Shown one piece after another: positions 20,394 to 30,286 of a DNA stretch of 64,000 nt. Both the position numbers and the translations under genes were made by a program. The notes under the pieces were generated by a model. It saw only the letters and a list, made by a program, of their open reading frames with translations. It was not told the origin of the DNA and made no database searches. Source of the stretch: a bacterium (lineage in GTDB: Bacteria > UBA8248); NCBI GenBank assembly GCA_963692865.2, contig OY843592.1, forward strand, positions 1,344,001-1,408,000. The letters run 5' to 3'. The first letter of the stretch is position 1. The number at the start of each line of letters is the position of its first letter.

Positions 20394-20730
20394 TATCGGC
20401 TCCAGATAAAAGAAAACGAGACGTGCTTATGAATAAGTGTGAAGGTAATTTGGGGAATTATATACGAAAATAACCCGCGCTCTATTTCGAGGAGTCGGGC
20501 GAGTGCTGGATTTTCACGTCCTGAACGATCGTTTCCGCAAAATTCTCCGGCGTAGTTTGGATGCGGACCTACTTCTCCATCGTGTCTTGCTTTTGGATTG
20601 AATGAAGGAAATTGTGAAATCGACACCGAGGATGGACTTGCTTCATTGTTTCATGCAATGGTGAGCAAGAAGAGCATTTTCAAGAAGTTGATTGCCTGAA
20701 TATGTATGATATATTCAAGAAGGATGAGCG

Positions 20731-20928
20731 ATGATCGATCCGAATGTGCATGACTTGGCAGTGAATATGGCCGCATTGGAGGAACGTATGAAAACCATGC
20801 AAGCTGAGTATAAGACGGATATTGCACGACTGGCCGAAGATAACGCCAAACGCGAAACCCGGCTGCTTATAAGCATTGCCGGGTTACTTGCCGTCGCCGT
20901 AGCGATCCTTGGCATGGTGTTTTCTTGA
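20731..20928 (+). CDS. Small coiled-coil protein with C-terminal TM anchor
   Basis: AALEERMKTMQAEYKTDIARLAED followed by a hydrophobic tail; AGGA RBS. Confidence 0.65.
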   Translation: MIDPNVHDLAVNMAALEERMKTMQAEYKTDIARLAEDNAKRETRLLISIAGLLAVAVAILGMVFS

Positions 20929-21014
20929 TTCGTTAGACTGGTTAAAACAACAAACCCTCGTTGAATTATTCCTAAGGTTTCCCATAATTTGCGTTCCGTC
21001 ACGTTATCGAGTGG

Positions 21015-21863
21015 TCAGTCCCCGCCGTTCGACGTCGCCTTCTCCTTGACGCGCCTGGCCTCGTCCATAGGGCAGAGGGTGATGCAGGTCGCGCAGACGT
21101 GCGGCGCGTTGTCGGTGAAGGCCATCATTCGTCCGGCGAGCTGGAGTTCGGGGTGGCCGTAGCGCTTCCTGAAGACTTGGACGGCCTTCTCCGGCGAGAC
21201 TCTTTGGGGATACATCACCATGCACTTGTAGTGGTCCACCGCTCCGTCTCCGGGCAGCGCGCCCGCCGGGCAGGGCTTGATGCACTTGTAGCCGCACTCC
21301 ACGCAAAACTCGGGCACCACGCCGTACCGCTTGGGCGGGTCGGGTTCGAGCGCGGCCGTCGTGATGACCGCGCCGAGTCTCAGGCGCGAGCCGTATTCGG
21401 CGGTGATCAGGTTGTTGTTCACGCCGATCTCGCCCATCCCTGAGTTCACCGCCGCGAGCCTGAGGTCGAATGAGCCCTGCATGAAGACTTCCGGCTCCGG
21501 GCCTTCGCTGAGAACCCGCAGCGAGGGGATGTCTCTTCCCGCGGGCGTGGGCAGCGCCATGTGCCCGTTGTCTTCGAGCCACAGCGCCAGCCGGAATGAG
21601 AGCTTGTTGATCCAGGCCTCGTGCCCGTAATAGCCGAATTCCAGATAGCTCACGGTCGGCCGGGAGGCGGCGTTGCCGAACGGCATGCGGCGCGCGAAGA
21701 CGACGACGCTTTTGGCGTCCTTCACCAGGTCTTCGGGCTTGCAGCCGGGGAGCGCTTTCTCGAAACCCTCGCATGAGGAAATCCCCACGAGGTCCGCGCC
21801 GAACTCGCGGGCCTGCGCCTTGACGTCGGCCGATGAAATCGCGGCGCTCGATCCGTTTCGCAT
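21015..21863 (-). CDS. QueG/reductive-dehalogenase-like cobalamin/2x[4Fe-4S] protein, copy 2
   Basis: GADLVGI, AAVNSGMGEIGVNNNLITAEYGSRLRLGAVIT, CxxCxxxCxxxCP, CATCITLCP. Confidence 0.82.
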   Translation of the reverse strand: MRNGSSAAISSADVKAQAREFGADLVGISSCEGFEKALPGCKPEDLVKDAKSVVVFARRMPFGNAASRPTVSYLEFGYYGHEAWINKLSFRLALWLEDNGHMALPTPAGRDIPSLRVLSEGPEPEVFMQGSFDLRLAAVNSGMGEIGVNNNLITAEYGSRLRLGAVITTAALEPDPPKRYGVVPEFCVECGYKCIKPCPAGALPGDGAVDHYKCMVMYPQRVSPEKAVQVFRKRYGHPELQLAGRMMAFTDNAPHVCATCITLCPMDEARRVKEKATSNGGD

Positions 21864-21864
21864 C

Positions 21865-22767
21865 CTAGGGGTTCTCCAGCAGGGCCGGGTCCAGCACTTT
21901 GCGCGCGTCTTCGTCCGTCCAGAATTCGCGGTGAAAGGGTTCGTTCACGAAACCGCGGCCCTGATCCATCGGGCAGAGCGCGATGCAGGTGGCGCATGGA
22001 TGCGGCGGGCTGTCGGTGTAGGAGAGTCCCTTGGCGGCCATGACGAGGGGTTTGTCCCGGAAGAGTCTTTTGAAATGGGCGAGGGCCTTCTCCGGCGCGA
22101 CCAGGTCCGGCCGCACCACCATGCAGCGGTAGTGGTCTACGGTACCATCGCCTGGGAGCGCGTTCGCGGGACAGGCCTCCACGCAGCGAAAGCCGCACTC
22201 GCGGCAGAAATCGGGCACGCCGCCGTATTGATTCGGCGGGTCGGGCGCCAGATTCGCCTCGGTGAGCACCGCGCCCAGCCGGACGCGGGAGCCGTATTCG
22301 GGCGTGATGAGGCAGTTGTTGGCGCCTATCTCTCCGAGTCCGGCCTTGACCGCCGCCAGCCGCAAGTCGAAGGAGCCTCGCAGGAATACCCTGGGCTCGG
22401 GGCCTTCTTCTTCCACGCGGAAGTTCGTGATGTCGCGCCCGCACGGCGTGGCGCCGGAGAGCCAGCCTTCGTCTTCGAGATGAAGCGCGAGTCGGTAGCA
22501 GGCTTCGTTCAGGAAATTCTCAGGAATGTATTCGCCGAATTCCATCGCGCCGATGCTGGGATACGGCGTGGCCGCGGCGAAGGGGATGCGCTTGGCCAAC
22601 ACGATCACGCTGTTCGCCATATTGAAAACGTCTCTGGGGCGGCAGCCGGCCGAGGCTTCCGCGAAATCCTCCGCAGACGCGACGCCCGCGAGGTCGGCGC
22701 CCAACTCGCGGGCCAGGCGCTTCACGTCCTGAACGTCGAGGGATTTTCGGGCGTCGGTTTCGTTCAT
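21865..22767 (-). CDS. QueG/reductive-dehalogenase-like cobalamin/2x[4Fe-4S] protein, copy 1
   Basis: GADLAGV, AAVKAGLGEIGANNCLITPEYGSRVRLGAVLT, CRECGFRCVEACP, CATCIALCP. Confidence 0.82.
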   Translation of the reverse strand: MNETDARKSLDVQDVKRLARELGADLAGVASAEDFAEASAGCRPRDVFNMANSVIVLAKRIPFAAATPYPSIGAMEFGEYIPENFLNEACYRLALHLEDEGWLSGATPCGRDITNFRVEEEGPEPRVFLRGSFDLRLAAVKAGLGEIGANNCLITPEYGSRVRLGAVLTEANLAPDPPNQYGGVPDFCRECGFRCVEACPANALPGDGTVDHYRCMVVRPDLVAPEKALAHFKRLFRDKPLVMAAKGLSYTDSPPHPCATCIALCPMDQGRGFVNEPFHREFWTDEDARKVLDPALLENP

Positions 22768-23270
22768 GCGGGAAACCTCGGGTTTTCGCCGCCTGCGTCC
22801 GTGCGGCGACGTGGAACTGCTTATCCTCTCATGGAGTCTATTTTCGCCGGAGTGATGATTCGAGAGGATGGAATGAATCTATCACAGCGCCGCAAAGAGA
22901 CAAAATCGCATCGCGCGGGGCGTTATGCGCGCCTCCTCCGAACCCGCCAAAGGGCCTGCGTCGAACTTGCCGAGGGGGGGGAGCGCCCCCTTCGGCAGGC
23001 TCAGGGCAGGTTTTCGATACCCCGCCTTCTGGACTACTCAGGATGAGGGGAGAAGAGTTTGCAGCAACTGTTCAGTCCGAAGGGAGAAGGGTTTGCGGCG
23101 GTTATTCGGGGTAAGGTCGTTCCGACCGGCCAGGATAAGGGTGAGCGGCCAGTCGAGACGAGAGTGAGGCAACGCTCTCATCATCCTGATTCGACCGCCG
23201 AAAAAATGATTGACTGCCTTCGAGGCCGTATCCATAATGGCCGCACCGCCGGAGGGAGGAGGACGCGATC

Positions 23271-24410
23271 ATGGTTGAGTGGCTCGGCATCGGGCATCTT
23301 TTCGAGCTTTCCCGGACGGAGGCGATTGCGGGGTTTTTCACCCCGCTTGTGGTCTTCGCCGCCTTTTTCGCGGCGCAGCTCGTGCTGCCGGGAAGGTGGG
23401 TGCCCGGCTACGTCATCGACCCGGAGACCGGCGAGCCCCGCAAATACCGGCTGAACGGCCTTGCGGTGTTCGCCGTCGCGCAGATCGTTTGGGCTTTCGA
23501 ACTGACCGGGATGCCGCGCGACTGGTTCTACCGCTCCACGATCTACGCCGTGGCCGGCGGAACGGTCTTCACCGCCCTCTTCGCCCTCATCGCGGTGTAC
23601 AGCCGGCCCGTAGGCAGGATAAAGAATCCCCTCCTGGCGCTGTGGGACGGGCGGGCGCAGGAGTTTTCGTTCTTCGGCGACCGCTTCGACGTGAAGATGT
23701 ATCTGTACGTCGTCGGCGGGACGATGTTTTCGCTCAACGCCCTGTCCGGGGCCGCGTATCACTACGACCGCTTCGGCGCAGACTTCAACCCGGGCGTTTT
23801 CCTGTATGCGGCGTTCTTCACGTTCTACGTGTTCGACTACTTCATCTTCGAGCGCGTCCAGCTCTATACCTACGATCTGATCCACGAGAATATCGGCTTC
23901 AAGATGCTGTGGGGCGGCCTCATGGTCTACGGGTGGGTGTTCATCCTCCCGCTGTGGGGCATGGCCGCCTACCCCGACCCGGGATTCCCGCCGGGGTGGA
24001 AGAACTTCTGGCTCATCGGAACGGTCGCGGTTTTCCTGTTGGGGTGGGGCATCGGGCGCGGCGCCAACCTGCAGAAATACACGTTCAAGCGATGGCCCGA
24101 GCGCAAGTTTCTGGGCCTCATCCAGCCCGAGTACATCCAGGCCGGCGACCGCAAGATCCTGTGCAGCGGCCTGTGGGGCGTCGCCCGCCACTTCAACTAC
24201 ATGGGCGAGGGGTTTCTCGCGCTGTCCATCGCCCTGTCGTTCGGCCATTTCACGAATCCCTGGGCCTGGACCTACTTCGTATTCGTCGTCTCGTTCTTCA
24301 CCTGCCGCCAACGCTATGACGACGCCTACTGCGCCGAGAAATACGGCGCCGAAAAATGGGCGGAGTATCAGGAGCGGGTGAAGTACCGGATTTTTCCCGG
24401 TATTTATTGA
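23271..24410 (+). CDS. ERG4/ERG24-family sterol reductase-like membrane protein
   Basis: YRLNGL, DLIHENIGF, ANLQKYTFK, SGLWGVARHFNYMGE, CAEKYG, WAEYQERVKYRIFPGIY; GGAGGAGG RBS. Confidence 0.88.
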   Translation: MVEWLGIGHLFELSRTEAIAGFFTPLVVFAAFFAAQLVLPGRWVPGYVIDPETGEPRKYRLNGLAVFAVAQIVWAFELTGMPRDWFYRSTIYAVAGGTVFTALFALIAVYSRPVGRIKNPLLALWDGRAQEFSFFGDRFDVKMYLYVVGGTMFSLNALSGAAYHYDRFGADFNPGVFLYAAFFTFYVFDYFIFERVQLYTYDLIHENIGFKMLWGGLMVYGWVFILPLWGMAAYPDPGFPPGWKNFWLIGTVAVFLLGWGIGRGANLQKYTFKRWPERKFLGLIQPEYIQAGDRKILCSGLWGVARHFNYMGEGFLALSIALSFGHFTNPWAWTYFVFVVSFFTCRQRYDDAYCAEKYGAEKWAEYQERVKYRIFPGIY

Positions 24411-24826
24411 GAGCGCGCCCCGCGCATGCGGGCCAAACCCGATTGATGAACGAGAGCCGGTCCCGACCGGGGAGGGAGGACCGCCTTTTGCATTCGTAGG
24501 GACAGGCTTCCGCGCGTGTCCGAGGCTTCCGCGTGTCCCGCAGAGAACAACCACGGAAGGTCGAATTCGACCGGGGCGAGTCCTTTGTCGATTGGCGGAG
24601 GGCAGGACGACCACGGGGGTGGGACAACCCTGGAAGGCGGGACAACCCCTCTTCGGGGTTCCCCTACGGGCGCAGCGGCCTGCGGCCCCTCACCCCGAGC
24701 CGCCGCGCCGGCGCCCACCCTCACCCTGAGCAGGCGCGTCAGCGCCGTACCGAAGGGCGAGGGGAGTCGAAGCCTCTCGCCGGCGGCGGGAGGGCATCCC
24801 ATTCGACGGGTTCGGGAATGCAGTTC

Positions 24827-24914
24827 CTCCTTACTCAGTCGGAACTGACTCCTTACTCAGTCGGAACTGACTCCTTACTCAGTCGGAACTGACTCCTTAC
24901 TCAGTCGGAACTGA
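24827..24914 (+). repeat. Perfect tandem repeat, 4 x 22 bp CTCCTTACTCAGTCGGAACTGA
   Basis: Units at 24827, 24849, 24871 and 24893 with no spacers; single copy in the same context near 7388-7409. Confidence 0.92.
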
Positions 24915-24980
24915 CCTTCGATACGCGGCTTCGCCGCTACCCAGGATGAGGTGGAGAAGGGTTTTTCAACAGCCCCTTGG

Positions 24981-25395
24981 GGGTCGGGATCGACTTTCCT
25001 TCGGCGATAACGATCTGCACGCATTTCCCCGCAATTGCCGCCGCCGGGTTTTCGCGTCGACGGGGTATGGTGGAGAGGCCGCCCGCCGGCCTTCGTTTTT
25101 TCCGGCGGCGAAGGCGGCGCGGAGGGCGGGAACCGGGCCGCCGCTCGGGCGAGGCGCGGAAAGTGTAAAATGCAAATAATAATTCCTGAAAAATTGGATA
25201 AAATTGTATAAATTCAGGGGGGTTTTCGGTAGATTTCCGACAATTTTTTCCTGGGGAAATGACGCCGGGGAATCCGGGCGCAGGGGAATTCTGCCATGGC
25301 CCGCGCCTTGCGCGATAACGGGAAATGCGGGGAGTTGCGGGCAGTTGCGGGAGAGGCGGGCGGAAATTTCACGGAGCGGTAATTCTATCGCAGAA
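24981..25395 (+). repeat. Left arm of ~400 bp inverted repeat
   Basis: Near-identical reverse complement of 38982-39296 over 24981-25296, degenerate further in; AT-rich core. Confidence 0.9.
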
Positions 25396-25468
25396 CCGGG
25401 GGCGGTTCGCGCGCCGCCGCGTTTTGACCTGATTATCGCAACGGATTGATTTTCAACGTATTATCAAT

Positions 25469-26716
25469 TCACTCGATCACGACGTGCTCGCGGAGTGGCT
25501 CTCCCAGGTGCGCCATCCCCGTCTCGGTGACGAGCACGGTATATTCCGCGTGCACGCCGCCCTCCCCGAACTTGCCCGACGGCAACTCCACCGAGAGCAC
25601 CGCGCCCGGGGGCAGGGAAATGTCTGAATTTGAAGGCAAAAACGGATCGTCGAGCTTCACGGGCTCGCTCAGCGTATAGGGCAACTCGCGCGCCTCGATG
25701 CCTATCGTGTGCCCGCAGAAGGCGCCGTTGTAGCGCGGCAGGCCCGATTTCTTCGCCGCCGCCACCGCCGCGCGAAAAATCTCGGAGGGCTTCACCCCCG
25801 CCCTTATCACGCCGAAGGCGGCCTCGAGCCCCGCCCGGATGGCGCTCCACTGCGCCTTGCGCTCCGCGTTCGGCTCGCCGAACGAGCCGCAACAGCCAAC
25901 GTCCGCGCAGTAGTGGTCCAGCCGCATCCCGGCGTCAAAGAAAAAGCCGTCGCCCGGCTCGAATTTTCGCTCTGATGGCGGGAAAATCGACGCCGAACGC
26001 CGCCCGCCCGCCAGATGGAACCAGCTCCATTTGCCGCCTCCGGCGGCCACGGTGCGGTAGTAGTGGCTCGCCACCTCGCGCTCGGTTCGTCCCACGGCCA
26101 TCTCCCGGTGGAACGCGGCGACGGCCTCTTCGTTCAAGAGCGCCGCGGCGCGCATTCGCTCAATCTCTTCATCGGTTTTTTGAAGGCGAATCAGTCGAAA
26201 CAGGTTTGATCCGTTCAGAAAAGACAAGCCCGGCAGAGCCTCCTCCAGAGCGCCGCGCGTGCCCGGGCGGATTCCCTCGCTGTCGAGCGCGACTTTTCCG
26301 CTCGACAGGCCCCGCTCTCTCAAAATTCTGAGCAGGGCATCCGCAGAATTCGCCTCGCGCGGGGCGTCTTCGGCGATGAGAGATATGTAATTTCTCTCCT
26401 CTTCGGTCGCTCCCGTCTCGCCGGGCGCCATATCGAGCGCCGAGCGTGGGCCATAACCCCTCACGTCCTTGATCCACGAACCGGTCGCCGCGTAGTAGGT
26501 TTCATCCTGCCGGGAGATTATCAGCCCGGGCGGGGAGGACTGATCGCGGAAGAACAGCGCGAATGTCTCCGTCGTGGCGTCGCCGTAGGTGTATTGCGCC
26601 CATCCCTGAACACCCGAAAGATACAGGACGTTGTGACGTGTCGTCGCTATTAGCGCGTCGAGGTCGAACCTCTCCATGAACTCGAGCGCGCGTTCTTTAT
26701 TGAAAAGCATGGACAT
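25469..26716 (-). CDS. M24 Xaa-Pro peptidase/creatinase-like protein
   Basis: NVLYLSG, RLQKTDEEIERMRAAA, FFDAG, YCADVG, GHTIG, SVELP, AEYTVLVTETG. Confidence 0.88.
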   Translation of the reverse strand: MSMLFNKERALEFMERFDLDALIATTRHNVLYLSGVQGWAQYTYGDATTETFALFFRDQSSPPGLIISRQDETYYAATGSWIKDVRGYGPRSALDMAPGETGATEEERNYISLIAEDAPREANSADALLRILRERGLSSGKVALDSEGIRPGTRGALEEALPGLSFLNGSNLFRLIRLQKTDEEIERMRAAALLNEEAVAAFHREMAVGRTEREVASHYYRTVAAGGGKWSWFHLAGGRRSASIFPPSERKFEPGDGFFFDAGMRLDHYCADVGCCGSFGEPNAERKAQWSAIRAGLEAAFGVIRAGVKPSEIFRAAVAAAKKSGLPRYNGAFCGHTIGIEARELPYTLSEPVKLDDPFLPSNSDISLPPGAVLSVELPSGKFGEGGVHAEYTVLVTETGMAHLGEPLREHVVIE

Positions 26717-26735
26717 CCTCAAAATTAAACAAGAA

Positions 26736-29700
26736 TTATGTTTGGGTAACAGGTTTTCTGTAATCCTTGATTTGCCGGATGAGCGGAATCCCGCCGCAAA
26801 TCAGTCCCGCCGCAAGCATGACAAGGCTGAAGAAAATCACGAACAGGATGAACGCGATGAAGCAGGCGAACAAGAGTATCCGCTCGTATTTATAGAGCCT
26901 GTCGAAAAGCCAGCCTTGCGTTCCCGCCGAGAACGCGATGAATCCCAGAAGCGTAATGGATGCGGAAAGAGCAACGCGCAACGGATGCGCGAACGTAAGC
27001 AGGGCCGGGTCGAACATGAACAGAAAAGGAACGATAAAGCCCACGATGGCGAAGCGAAGAGACATCATGGACGTTTTGAAATAGGGGGCCCCCGCCAGTT
27101 TGGCCCCCACGAGCGAGGCAATCGCCACGGGAGGCGTAATGGCGGAGAGTATCGCGAAATAGAAGATGAACATATGGGCCGCTACCCGGTCTCCTTTTGC
27201 GGCCACGAACTCCTTGACCCATTCGGCTCCATAGATATGCGTGAGTTCCGGCCCCACGAGTTTCACCAGCACCGGCCCACCCAGAATGGCGAGCAGAACA
27301 TACGCCGCCGTCGTCGGCATGCCCATTCCCAAAATCGCGCAACAAACCGCCGTCAGCAGCAATGCGACGAAGAATCCATCGAGACCGATATAATACGCGC
27401 ATCCCCCGCCCGCAGCGGCGCCGAACAGGCAGATATCCTGGGCAAGCGCCTCGATCATGTAGGCGAACTTGTTGCCTACGCCCGTAATGGACAGAACCTG
27501 AACGACGACCTCGATGGTAGCCAGCGTTACGGCGAATTCGGCTCCCTGCCTGCCCCCTACCCGCAAGGCGTTGCGTATACTGAAAATCCAGTCGGAGGCG
27601 CTTTGCGCAGCCTGCACGGCCGGGCCCGTCTCATTCGTCTGCTTCGCCCTTTGCAGATAGGTAAACGGATTGCAGGATACGGCCAACACCTGTTTCAGAC
27701 TGGGAGTCGGAGCTTCGGCCTCGGATTCTTGCGAGCCGAATGAGAATATGACTCTCTGGACGATGACGGCCAACCCGAAAAAGATGAGGCCGTCATAAAT
27801 AAACCCGAAAGGCACGAACCATTCACCGAAATTCGCTATGGCGGGAGCAAGCGCATATATCCCTTTTTGCACATAATAAGCGCCCACCCAGATAATCACG
27901 AACAACCAAGGTATGGTCGTGGTGGGTTGCGCTCCTTTGCCCCTGGAAACGGACCATACGCACAACATGGCCAGCACGAGGGCGGCTCCCGCCACGCCGG
28001 AAGACCAGCCGAACGCCACCCACAAACCCAATAATGTGATCGGGAAGATGGCGAGCCAGTTGCTTTCCGTCTCGCGCCAGAATTCACCCACCCAGGAGAA
28101 CACGCGAGCGAAAACACTCGCCACAACAAATCCGACGACACCCATGGACAGAGCGGCTCTTATCACCCGGCCCCAAGTCGGTTCTCCATATATCCCCAAC
28201 GGCAATCCGAAACCCAACTCGAAAACCGTGAGAAGCGCGTACAAGAAAAATGCGAATACCCAAAACGTAACAGGCACAAAAACGAATACATCATCCGCGA
28301 TTGTCTTATCGCCTTTCCTCAAAGTGCCCAAAAATTCCGTCACGTTCCTGTAAAACCAAATGCCTACCATGATGAATACCGACATGACGCCTGCGAATAC
28401 GGGCGTTCTGCCTTGAAAGAGGAAGTAGACCAAGAACGCCAGGGGCACGAGATAGAACCATCCGTTTCTGAGTTCCGCCCTCCAACTCGGAATTTCGTTA
28501 GCTGGCAACGGCTGGATGTTTAGCGCACCGGCCGCAAAGTGGATGTTGATTCCCACGATGGTGAAATACAAAACGGCCGGTATGGTGGCATATCCTATAA
28601 TCTGGAAATACGGCACCTCGATGAGTTCGCTCATGATGAAAGCGCCCGCACCCATGACAGGCGGCATGATCTGCCCGCCACTGCTAGCGGCCGCTTCTGC
28701 CGCTCCAGCAATGTGCGGGCTCAGCCCGATTCGTTTCATAAGGGGAATCGTGAAAGTACCAGTGGTGACTACGTTCCCAGATGCGCTGCCAGAGACCGTC
28801 CCCATGAGCGCGCTCGAACCAACGGCGGCGAGACCGGCGCCCGCACGCATTTTGCCAAACAGGCCTAATGCAAAATTCACGAAAAATCGCCCGGCGCCCG
28901 ATTCATGTAGAAACGCCCCTAAAATCAAAAACATGATGATGAAGGTAGCCGAGATGACAACCAAAAATCCCAATACGCCACCGATGAAATCGGTCGAGAG
29001 TTTCGCCTGCAGTTCAATCCAGGTATGGCCGCCATGCCCAAAAGGAGGAGCAAACAAATTGCCCCATATTCCGTAGGCCAAGGAAATCATCGCCAATGTC
29101 GGAAGCGGGGGGCCGAAACAGCGTCTTGTTAATTCGAGGGCAACGACGATCATGACGAAACCGACGCGCGCATCGCCGATTGTTGGTGCGCCCGGGCGAT
29201 CGACCATTTCTTCATGGTAGTAGAACAGGTACAGGCAGGCGGTCGCCACAAAGAAAAGCATGCCTGCGTTCAAGCCAATCGTGAACCCGGCCGGAAAAGG
29301 ATGCGCGGGGTATTCTTCAAATACTTCTTTGATCCGTCTTTTCGCCCAAAAAAGAGGGAACGCGAGTACGACTGCCGGCCAGAGATAGAAAGCGCTTCTC
29401 ACCTCATCGCTTTGCCCGGCCCATAATCCTACCCGCCATCCGATTAGAACAAGCGCCACGAAAAATACAACAAGAAAAACTCCCGCTTTTTTCACCCCCT
29501 CGGAAGGCCTGAAGAAAACCGCGAACAAGGTCCACATCGTGGGAATGGCGGAACATGCAATCAAAAACCACCAGAATGTGGGCTCATGCGTGCTTTCCGG
29601 CAAAGAATCCCAATACCAGAACAGTATGGGCGCAGGAACCAAGCCCAAAAACCAGAGAAAAAGCGCAAGCCAGGATTTCTCGACAACCATCATCGCCATC

Positions 29701-30062
29701 CAGATGGCAAACGGCAGCGCATAAACCCACCAAACACTCCAATCAGACCAGCCTTCGCCCATCTCATAGACGAAATAAAAGAATATGACAGCGGGAATTA
29801 AAGACAACAGGTACAGAACGGGAAGAAAATTCAATTTGCGAATTTTATCCCCATATACCTGAGGCATTGCACCGGCGCCGCCGATGAGGAGGATGGTATA
29901 GGCCAAGAGCATGTGCATGTTGGGGTGCATCTCACCCGGCAGAGGCCGGAGATAGACCGCGGAAATGTGATACAAACCCGAGAGCACGCACAGCCAGGAA
30001 GTGATGAAAACCAGAGCCCTTACGAGAGGAGCCGACTGGGTGGGGTCTGATTCAGTACTCAT
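26736..30062 (-). CDS. Fused TRAP transporter permease (4TM/12TM), unusually long (1108 aa)
   Basis: ELTRR, GTVSGSASGNVVTTGTFTIPLMKR, EAAASSGGQIMPPVMGAGAF, LGMGMPTTAAY, AHMFIFYFAILSAITPPVA. Confidence 0.9.
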   Translation of the reverse strand: MSTESDPTQSAPLVRALVFITSWLCVLSGLYHISAVYLRPLPGEMHPNMHMLLAYTILLIGGAGAMPQVYGDKIRKLNFLPVLYLLSLIPAVIFFYFVYEMGEGWSDWSVWWVYALPFAIWMAMMVVEKSWLALFLWFLGLVPAPILFWYWDSLPESTHEPTFWWFLIACSAIPTMWTLFAVFFRPSEGVKKAGVFLVVFFVALVLIGWRVGLWAGQSDEVRSAFYLWPAVVLAFPLFWAKRRIKEVFEEYPAHPFPAGFTIGLNAGMLFFVATACLYLFYYHEEMVDRPGAPTIGDARVGFVMIVVALELTRRCFGPPLPTLAMISLAYGIWGNLFAPPFGHGGHTWIELQAKLSTDFIGGVLGFLVVISATFIIMFLILGAFLHESGAGRFFVNFALGLFGKMRAGAGLAAVGSSALMGTVSGSASGNVVTTGTFTIPLMKRIGLSPHIAGAAEAAASSGGQIMPPVMGAGAFIMSELIEVPYFQIIGYATIPAVLYFTIVGINIHFAAGALNIQPLPANEIPSWRAELRNGWFYLVPLAFLVYFLFQGRTPVFAGVMSVFIMVGIWFYRNVTEFLGTLRKGDKTIADDVFVFVPVTFWVFAFFLYALLTVFELGFGLPLGIYGEPTWGRVIRAALSMGVVGFVVASVFARVFSWVGEFWRETESNWLAIFPITLLGLWVAFGWSSGVAGAALVLAMLCVWSVSRGKGAQPTTTIPWLFVIIWVGAYYVQKGIYALAPAIANFGEWFVPFGFIYDGLIFFGLAVIVQRVIFSFGSQESEAEAPTPSLKQVLAVSCNPFTYLQRAKQTNETGPAVQAAQSASDWIFSIRNALRVGGRQGAEFAVTLATIEVVVQVLSITGVGNKFAYMIEALAQDICLFGAAAGGGCAYYIGLDGFFVALLLTAVCCAILGMGMPTTAAYVLLAILGGPVLVKLVGPELTHIYGAEWVKEFVAAKGDRVAAHMFIFYFAILSAITPPVAIASLVGAKLAGAPYFKTSMMSLRFAIVGFIVPFLFMFDPALLTFAHPLRVALSASITLLGFIAFSAGTQGWLFDRLYKYERILLFACFIAFILFVIFFSLVMLAAGLICGGIPLIRQIKDYRKPVTQT

Positions 30063-30286
30063 TTGTCTCCTTCTTTCTCCACCTTGGTGGATTCATCATG
30101 ATGAAACAAAATAATATCAGGAACTATTCTATTCTAACGGATAGCCTGATTCTTTCGCCAGCGACTCAGGAATTTACTCTTTCCATATCTCTACTTGACC
30201 AAACCACATGGTTTTGCTTAAGTGAACTCACAATCTTCACACATGGCTTTTTCATGAGCTTCGACATTACAACAAAGGAGATGCAA

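Noticed and set aside
20400-20700. AT-rich stretch with protein-like fragments
   Set aside because: Frames are interrupted and no family is recognisable
21015-22767. Calling these genes queG or rdhA
   Set aside because: Fold motifs are shared by both families; neither assignment is supported without phylogeny
24827-24914. Possible CRISPR array
   Set aside because: Units are contiguous with no spacers, and no cas genes are in the window
24966-25175. Duplicated 63-69 aa ORF MHFTLSAPRPSGG (also 39102-39293)
   Set aside because: By-product of the long inverted repeat; no RBS or protein-like composition
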